A stretch of 41,642 bases of DNA, from the IMG/VR virus record IMGVR_UViG_2541047897_000010; one strand, written 5' to 3'. This document shows positions 37,105-41,642 of the stretch, one piece after another. Origin of the DNA: a virus. Taxonomy: Duplodnaviria; Heunggongvirae; Uroviricota; Caudoviricetes. Both the position numbers and the translations under genes were made by a program. Under the pieces are notes generated by a model. That model saw only the letters and a list, made by a program, of their open reading frames with translations. It was not told the DNA's origin and searched no databases. Positions within the stretch are counted from its first letter, which is position 1, and each line of letters begins with the position of its first letter.

Positions 37105-37662
37105 ATGCTTATTGGCTATGTCCGCGTATCAACAAATGACCAGAATACGGAATTGCAGCGTAATGCGCTGGAGTGTGCAGGATGTGAGCTGATTTTTGAA
37201 GATAAGATCAGCGGCACTAAGTCCGACCGACCGGGACTGAAAAAACTGCTCAGAACATTATCAGCAGGTGACACTCTGGTAGTCTGGAAACTGGACCGAC
37301 TGGGGCGCAGTATGCGGCATCTTGTCGTGCTGGTGGAGGAGTTGCGCGAACGTGGCGTTAATTTTCGCAGCCTGACGGATGCTATTGATACCAGCACACC
37401 AATGGGGCGCTTTTTCTTTCATGTGATGGGTGCCCTGGCTGAAATGGAGCGAGAGCTTATTGTCGAACGTACTAGGGCGGGCTTTGCCGCAGCACGACAA
37501 GAAGGGAGGAATGGTGGGCGAAAGCCAAAGCTGACAGTAGAACAATGGGAGCAGGCTGGCAGGTTGATTGAATCGGGAATATATCAGCAGCAAGTCGCAC
37601 TGATTTATGATCTGGGTATTTCAACGGTGTATAAAAAATTCCCTGTAGCAAGTAAACCATAA
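37105..37662 (+). CDS. pin: Serine DNA invertase (Gin/Pin/Hin family)
   Basis: N-terminus MLIGYVRVSTNDQNT...; near-collinear with recalled Gin/Pin sequences; C-terminal HTH. Confidence 0.85.
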   Translation: MLIGYVRVSTNDQNTELQRNALECAGCELIFEDKISGTKSDRPGLKKLLRTLSAGDTLVVWKLDRLGRSMRHLVVLVEELRERGVNFRSLTDAIDTSTPMGRFFFHVMGALAEMERELIVERTRAGFAAARQEGRNGGRKPKLTVEQWEQAGRLIESGIYQQQVALIYDLGISTVYKKFPVASKP

Positions 37663-37688
37663 CCTTACGCCACATTGATGATCGCGGA

Positions 37689-38384
37689 TTATGCACTATT
37701 TTTAGGTCTTGTAACCCGAGGTGGGAGTTGTTTGGTTATATGTTCAAGTGATTTTTTGCCCAAGATAGTTCTTTGGACAAAACTTTCTATAGCTTCTAGC
37801 ATTTGTTCGAACTCACTTTTATTCGGGCTCCAACTGCGATGTGCGGCGGCGTTTCCTGCATCAATTACAGAAGATATAACGCATGCCTCAGTGTCGCCTA
37901 TGACTCCATCTTGTTTTAATTTTTCAACTTTTTCACCAAGCGGCAAACCGGGGTGAATTTGTAACAGTTCAGCAGTTCGATCAAAAATCGTCCGTAAACC
38001 GATGGACGAAAGGATGAAATGGTCAGAAGTATATGAAGAATACATTTCATTAAATATTTGAAAGAGCTGACGATCAACTGATTCAAGCTTGGATAACCAT
38101 ATCGGAGCTTGAAATGTTTCAGCGGCAGGATAGGTAGTGATCATATCTATAGGCGTTTCTACAAATTCACCATCACGATATTCGTGGGTAGTATGCTCAC
38201 TGAAGTGTTCGTTGTGGTGATAGAAGACAGTATCACAGCCATTGCATTGGAGTAGGTGATGGTAATGGTACCCATAAACTGGATATTGGGAATCCTCCCA
38301 GCTAGTGGTTAGCTTCCCATGCACAGTGCAGTTACGTAACCCACCGCATGTAGGGCAAAGAGCCTTGAGTATTTCCTTTTTCAT
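37689..38384 (-). CDS. Zinc-ribbon + DUF4145-like protein; candidate phage-defence/exclusion gene
   Basis: 231 aa in AT-rich island between invertase and dinI/int; N-terminal CPTC...CNGC; C-terminal helical domain with IDAGNAAAH motif recalled for DUF4145. Confidence 0.5.
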   Translation of the reverse strand: MKKEILKALCPTCGGLRNCTVHGKLTTSWEDSQYPVYGYHYHHLLQCNGCDTVFYHHNEHFSEHTTHEYRDGEFVETPIDMITTYPAAETFQAPIWLSKLESVDRQLFQIFNEMYSSYTSDHFILSSIGLRTIFDRTAELLQIHPGLPLGEKVEKLKQDGVIGDTEACVISSVIDAGNAAAHRSWSPNKSEFEQMLEAIESFVQRTILGKKSLEHITKQLPPRVTRPKNSA

Positions 38385-38732
38385 AAAGTCTCTGATTCTA
38401 TATGTAGGTTAAGACCACTATTAGCTATACGGACCTAATAATCAATCGTGTGCAGATACAAAAAAGCCCGTATAGCGGGATTTCATGTCACTAAGGGCCG
38501 CGGCTACTTTGCGTATCTTTTTTGTCTTCTCACCGTCTGGCCGGTATTTTGCTGAGACTGCTTATTTCCAGTTTTTACTAGTGCTGTACTGGTACTGCCC
38601 AATCATGATTGGTGGGGGACGGAGTTGAAACCGCAGCCACGTCGTATGCAAGAACGCGCTGCGGTTGGCTGGTGAACTTTCGATAGTGCGAGTATTGAAT
38701 GATTTCCAGCCGTTACAGATTTTACGTGTTTA

Positions 38733-38981
38733 TTAGTGAACAAACCACTCGTCAGCAGATTCCCAGGTATCTTTCAGAGTCTCCTGAACAAAAGTTTTTG
38801 CAGAATCCTTATCTGCGGTGCGTGTAACAGAAAGGCCATCATTGCTGGTGGCTTTTACTAACACCTCAACATCGTCATAACGCTTACTGATGCGTCGGGT
38901 TAATTCTTCCTTTAACGCATCCACAGCACCGGTTGGCATTTTAGTCATTTTTTCTTTGGCTATGCAGATTTCAATACGCAT
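38733..38981 (-). CDS. dinI: DinI-like SOS-regulated protein
   Basis: 82 aa; MRIEI...[12 protein letters not shown] closely parallels DinI; tandem LexA boxes immediately upstream. Confidence 0.75.
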   Translation of the reverse strand: MRIEICIAKEKMTKMPTGAVDALKEELTRRISKRYDDVEVLVKATSNDGLSVTRTADKDSAKTFVQETLKDTWESADEWFVH

Positions 38982-38994
38982 AAAAGTCCCTCCA

Positions 38995-39014
38995 TACTGT
39001 GTTTGTATACAGTA
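38995..39014. promoter_or_regulatory. LexA (SOS) box 1
   Basis: TACTGTGTTTGTATACAGTA, perfect CTGT-N8-ACAG. Confidence 0.65.
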
Positions 39015-39022
39015 TTATTTTT

Positions 39023-39042
39023 AACTGTATGGATAAACAGTG
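39023..39042. promoter_or_regulatory. LexA (SOS) box 2
   Basis: AACTGTATGGATAAACAGTG, CTGT-N8-ACAG; 9 bp from box 1. Confidence 0.6.
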
Positions 39043-40140
39043 TCAAGAGGTCTTATTTCTGCTCCTTTGGAGCTCTTCAAAACGATTATGTAAAGATTTC
39101 GGATACAGTTCGGTATATACCTGCCATAGCACGTTTAATGAACGATGCCCTGTAACCTGGGCGACTTCCTCAATACTAAAACCAGCCTCAAATAAGCGAC
39201 TTGCCCCTTCTCTACGCAAATCATGGTATCGCAGATCCTTAATACCTAATTTGCTTCTTACTCTCTGAAATCCCGCAGTAACAGAAGTGCTGTTATATGG
39301 AAAAATGAATTCCGATTTTTGGGGCTGTCGTTGGACGATATCCCAGGCTTCCCCAAGCAAGGCTACTTTCATGTGGTTGCCTTCCTTTTTGCGTGGATCT
39401 TTCCTGTCTCTTACGAGTATAGATTTTTGTTCCTGGTCGAGATCTTCCCATCGTAACCGGCATACTTCTCCGATTCGCATACAGGACCATACAGAAAATT
39501 TGAGGATATCAACGAACGGAATTTTTGAGCATTTATGAGTAGATCGTTGTTGAAGGCCTGCAATGAGCATGTCCAGTTCATCAGATGCTGGTCTACGATT
39601 ACGACGGTTTGATTTACCAATCAAACCAAGTTTAAGTAGATATGGGCGAGCGCTTTTCGCCGGGTTTGATGTGTAATTAATTCCGTATACAGGTTTGGCC
39701 GCATCCAGAACACTGCCAAGATAACTAACATCGTGGCTGACTGTTGCAGGACCTGCACCAGCGTTGTTTCTTAGCCTGCAATGTTCAATTACGTCATTTT
39801 CTGTCAGTTCAGATAGTTTGATCGCGGAGATGTCACTATCCATAAGCAGTTCCAGCACATATCTTTTAGTACGGCCTGCTTTACCTCCGGCATTTGGGTC
39901 ATTTAAATATTTGTGTAGTAAGTCACGGACTGTAAGTCCGTCAACTGCATTTGATGATGGAATGCCATATAGATCTAATTCCATCACTTTCTGTGTGCCC
40001 CATGTTTTGGCATGAGCATGTTTAGGGAATGTTTTGCTTTCCCTGTAAGTGATAACACCTTTTTCTTTGATAATCACATTACAGCGATAGCGTGGTGTGC
40101 CATCGGATTTTAGTCGTTTCTCTATGTTATAGTACGCCAT
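39043..40140 (-). CDS. int: Tyrosine integrase, dusA-associated type
   Basis: 365 aa with catalytic R...HDLRR...GHRSL...Y residues; divergent from and adjacent to dusA. Confidence 0.85.
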   Translation of the reverse strand: MAYYNIEKRLKSDGTPRYRCNVIIKEKGVITYRESKTFPKHAHAKTWGTQKVMELDLYGIPSSNAVDGLTVRDLLHKYLNDPNAGGKAGRTKRYVLELLMDSDISAIKLSELTENDVIEHCRLRNNAGAGPATVSHDVSYLGSVLDAAKPVYGINYTSNPAKSARPYLLKLGLIGKSNRRNRRPASDELDMLIAGLQQRSTHKCSKIPFVDILKFSVWSCMRIGEVCRLRWEDLDQEQKSILVRDRKDPRKKEGNHMKVALLGEAWDIVQRQPQKSEFIFPYNSTSVTAGFQRVRSKLGIKDLRYHDLRREGASRLFEAGFSIEEVAQVTGHRSLNVLWQVYTELYPKSLHNRFEELQRSRNKTS

Positions 40141-40160
40141 TACACGACCTCGTTATTTCG

Positions 40161-40195
40161 GGTTCCCATAAAACGTGGGAACCTGTGCGGGAACC
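40161..40195. promoter_or_regulatory. Inverted plus direct repeats in int-dusA intergenic region (candidate integrase/regulator binding sites)
   Basis: GGTTCCCA-7nt-TGGGAACC then GGGAACC. Confidence 0.3.
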
Positions 40196-40228
40196 TAACG
40201 CGAGAAAAATAGCCTGAAATGTTCAAAA

Positions 40229-41266
40229 ATGCACGATAATCATGAAACAAAAAAAATTAATCAAACCAGCGTGATGCCTGAAAAAACTGGTGTTTACTGG
40301 AATTCTCGGTTTAGCATTGCTCCTATGCTCGACTGGACGGACAGACATTGCCGTTATTTCCTGCGTCTGCTTTCCCGCAATACGTTGCTGTATACCGAAA
40401 TGGTGACCACAGGGGCGATTATTCACGGTAAAGGTGATTACCTGGCGTACAGTGAAGAAGAACATCCGGTAGCGTTGCAACTCGGGGGTAGCGATCCGGC
40501 GGCGCTGGCACAGTGTGCGAAGCTGGCAGAAGCGCGTGGATACGATGAGATCAACCTGAATGTCGGCTGCCCGTCTGACCGGGTGCAGAACGGCATGTTT
40601 GGTGCGTGTCTGATGGGTAATGCGCAGCTGGTTGCCGACTGCGTGAAAGCGATGCGCGATGTGGTGTCGATTCCGGTGACGGTGAAGACGCGTATTGGCA
40701 TCGATGATCAGGACAGCTATGAATTTCTCTGCGATTTCATCAACACCGTTTCCGGCAAAGGTGAGTGTGAGATGTTCATCATCCACGCACGTAAAGCCTG
40801 GCTTTCTGGGTTAAGTCCGAAAGAAAACCGTGAGATCCCGCCGCTCGATTATCCGCGTGTGTATCAACTGAAGCGTGACTTTCCGCATCTGACGATGTCG
40901 ATTAACGGTGGTATCAAGTCGCTGGAAGAAGCTAAAGCGCATTTGCAACATATGGATGGCGTGATGGTCGGGCGCGAGGCGTATCAGAATCCGGGTATTC
41001 TGGCGGCGGTAGACCGAGAGATTTTTGGTTCCTCGGATATTGATGCCGATCCGGTGGCGGTAGTGCGCGCCATGTATCCGTACATTGAGCGTGAACTCAG
41101 CCAGGGTACGTATCTCGGCCATATTACCCGGCATATGCTGGGCTTGTTCCAGGGTATTCCTGGCGCGCGGCAGTGGCGGCGTTATTTAAGTGAAAATGCC
41201 CATAAAGCGGGTGCAGACATTAATGTGCTGGAACACGCGCTCAAACTGGTGGCGGATAAGCGTTAA
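40229..41266 (+). CDS. dusA: tRNA-dihydrouridine synthase A
   Basis: 345-aa ORF with Dus TIM-barrel motifs ([21 protein letters not shown]); alternative start at 40274 (MPEKT) possible; 5' end may be phage-supplied. Confidence 0.85.
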   Translation: MHDNHETKKINQTSVMPEKTGVYWNSRFSIAPMLDWTDRHCRYFLRLLSRNTLLYTEMVTTGAIIHGKGDYLAYSEEEHPVALQLGGSDPAALAQCAKLAEARGYDEINLNVGCPSDRVQNGMFGACLMGNAQLVADCVKAMRDVVSIPVTVKTRIGIDDQDSYEFLCDFINTVSGKGECEMFIIHARKAWLSGLSPKENREIPPLDYPRVYQLKRDFPHLTMSINGGIKSLEEAKAHLQHMDGVMVGREAYQNPGILAAVDREIFGSSDIDADPVAVVRAMYPYIERELSQGTYLGHITRHMLGLFQGIPGARQWRRYLSENAHKAGADINVLEHALKLVADKR

Positions 41267-41399
41267 CTTTTCACCAAAAAGTAGTCAAATTCACCACGCC
41301 CTGCGCACCGTCGCGGGGCGTTTTGCTGTTAAATCAACAGATTATTTTTGGCATGATTCTTGTAATGCCAGCAAGAGATTTCATATTTGGGAGAGCATC

Positions 41400-41642
41400 A
41401 TGCTGGAACTACTTTTTGTAATTGGCTTTTTTGTCATGCTGATGGTCACCGGTGTTTCGTTGTTGGGTATTATCGCCGCGCTGATTGTGGCGACGGCCTT
41501 TATGTTCCTCGGCGGTATGCTGGCATTGATGATTAAGTTGCTGCCGTGGCTGCTGTTGGCGGTTGCGGTGGTGTGGGTGATCAGGGCGATTAAAGCACCA
41601 AAAGTGCCGAAATATCAGCGTTATGACCGCTGGCGTTACTAA
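41400..41642 (+). CDS. pspG: Phage shock protein G
   Basis: 80-aa hydrophobic protein (MLELLFVIGFFVML...) downstream of dusA as in E. coli; track ORF from 41190 trimmed to ATG 41400. Confidence 0.7.
   Translation: MLELLFVIGFFVMLMVTGVSLLGIIAALIVATAFMFLGGMLALMIKLLPWLLLAVAVVWVIRAIKAPKVPKYQRYDRWRY

Larger units (their letters stand above)
1..40228. mobile_element. Temperate mosaic prophage (lambdoid regulation/lysis, HK97-like head, Mu/SfV-like contractile tail) integrated at dusA; left end lies outside or at the edge of the window
   Basis: Contiguous phage gene order from immunity region to integrase; integrase directly abuts dusA; host genes only at right edge. Confidence 0.7.

Noticed and set aside
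38385-38732. Possible retron ncRNA (msr-msd) because of nested inverted repeats
   Set aside because: No reverse transcriptase gene anywhere in the window; kept only as an unassigned structured spacer.
40223-40786. 187-aa ORF on the minus strand
   Set aside because: Antisense to dusA, a conserved host gene with clear motifs; His/Arg-rich translation typical of a shadow frame.
41190-41642. 150-aa ORF overlapping the dusA 3' end
   Set aside because: Only the last 80 codons correspond to the small membrane protein PspG; upstream part overlaps dusA and lacks a start context.
1-41642. tRNA, rRNA or tmRNA genes and CRISPR arrays
   Set aside because: No cloverleaf-like segments, rRNA-like conserved blocks or repeat-spacer arrays were seen on reading; integration is into a protein gene (dusA), not a tRNA.

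Overview
Almost the whole window is one temperate, mosaic prophage of an Escherichia/Enterobacteriaceae-type host, integrated at the 5' end of dusA (host dusA and pspG sit at the right edge). All calls are from reading the sequence and ORF track by eye and from recalled family signatures; no database search was run. Left to right: an AT-rich accessory pair (Panacea/DUF4065 protein plus a small membrane protein); a leftward early operon (PrtN/Xis-like, DEDD exonuclease, DUF551, HD-domain nucleotidase, DUF2303, resembling the K-12 CPS-53 yfdP-yfdS block); a cI / cro immunity region with palindromic operators; rightward early genes (YdaT-like, HTH replication protein with internal iteron-like repeats, PerC-like, Dam methylase, a LexA DNA-binding-domain-only homologue, RusA, KilA-N, DUF968, Q antiterminator); a late promoter/terminator region; lysis cassette (two holin-like proteins, GH19 endolysin, overlapping Rz/Rz1 spanins); an AT-rich moron; HNH endonuclease, terminase, HK97-type portal/protease/capsid; a Mu/SfV-like contractile tail module with a -1 frameshift chaperone and a second AT-rich moron encoding a secreted protein; a tail fibre whose C-terminal part lies in a Gin/Pin-type invertible segment; then an AT-rich integrase-proximal island with a zinc-ribbon + DUF4145-like protein, a dinI-like gene behind tandem LexA boxes, and a dusA-associated tyrosine integrase. 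The best candidates for undescribed biology are the zinc-ribbon/DUF4145 gene in the integrase-proximal hotspot, the Panacea + membrane protein pair, the truncated LexA homologue together with the SOS boxes, and the two morons.
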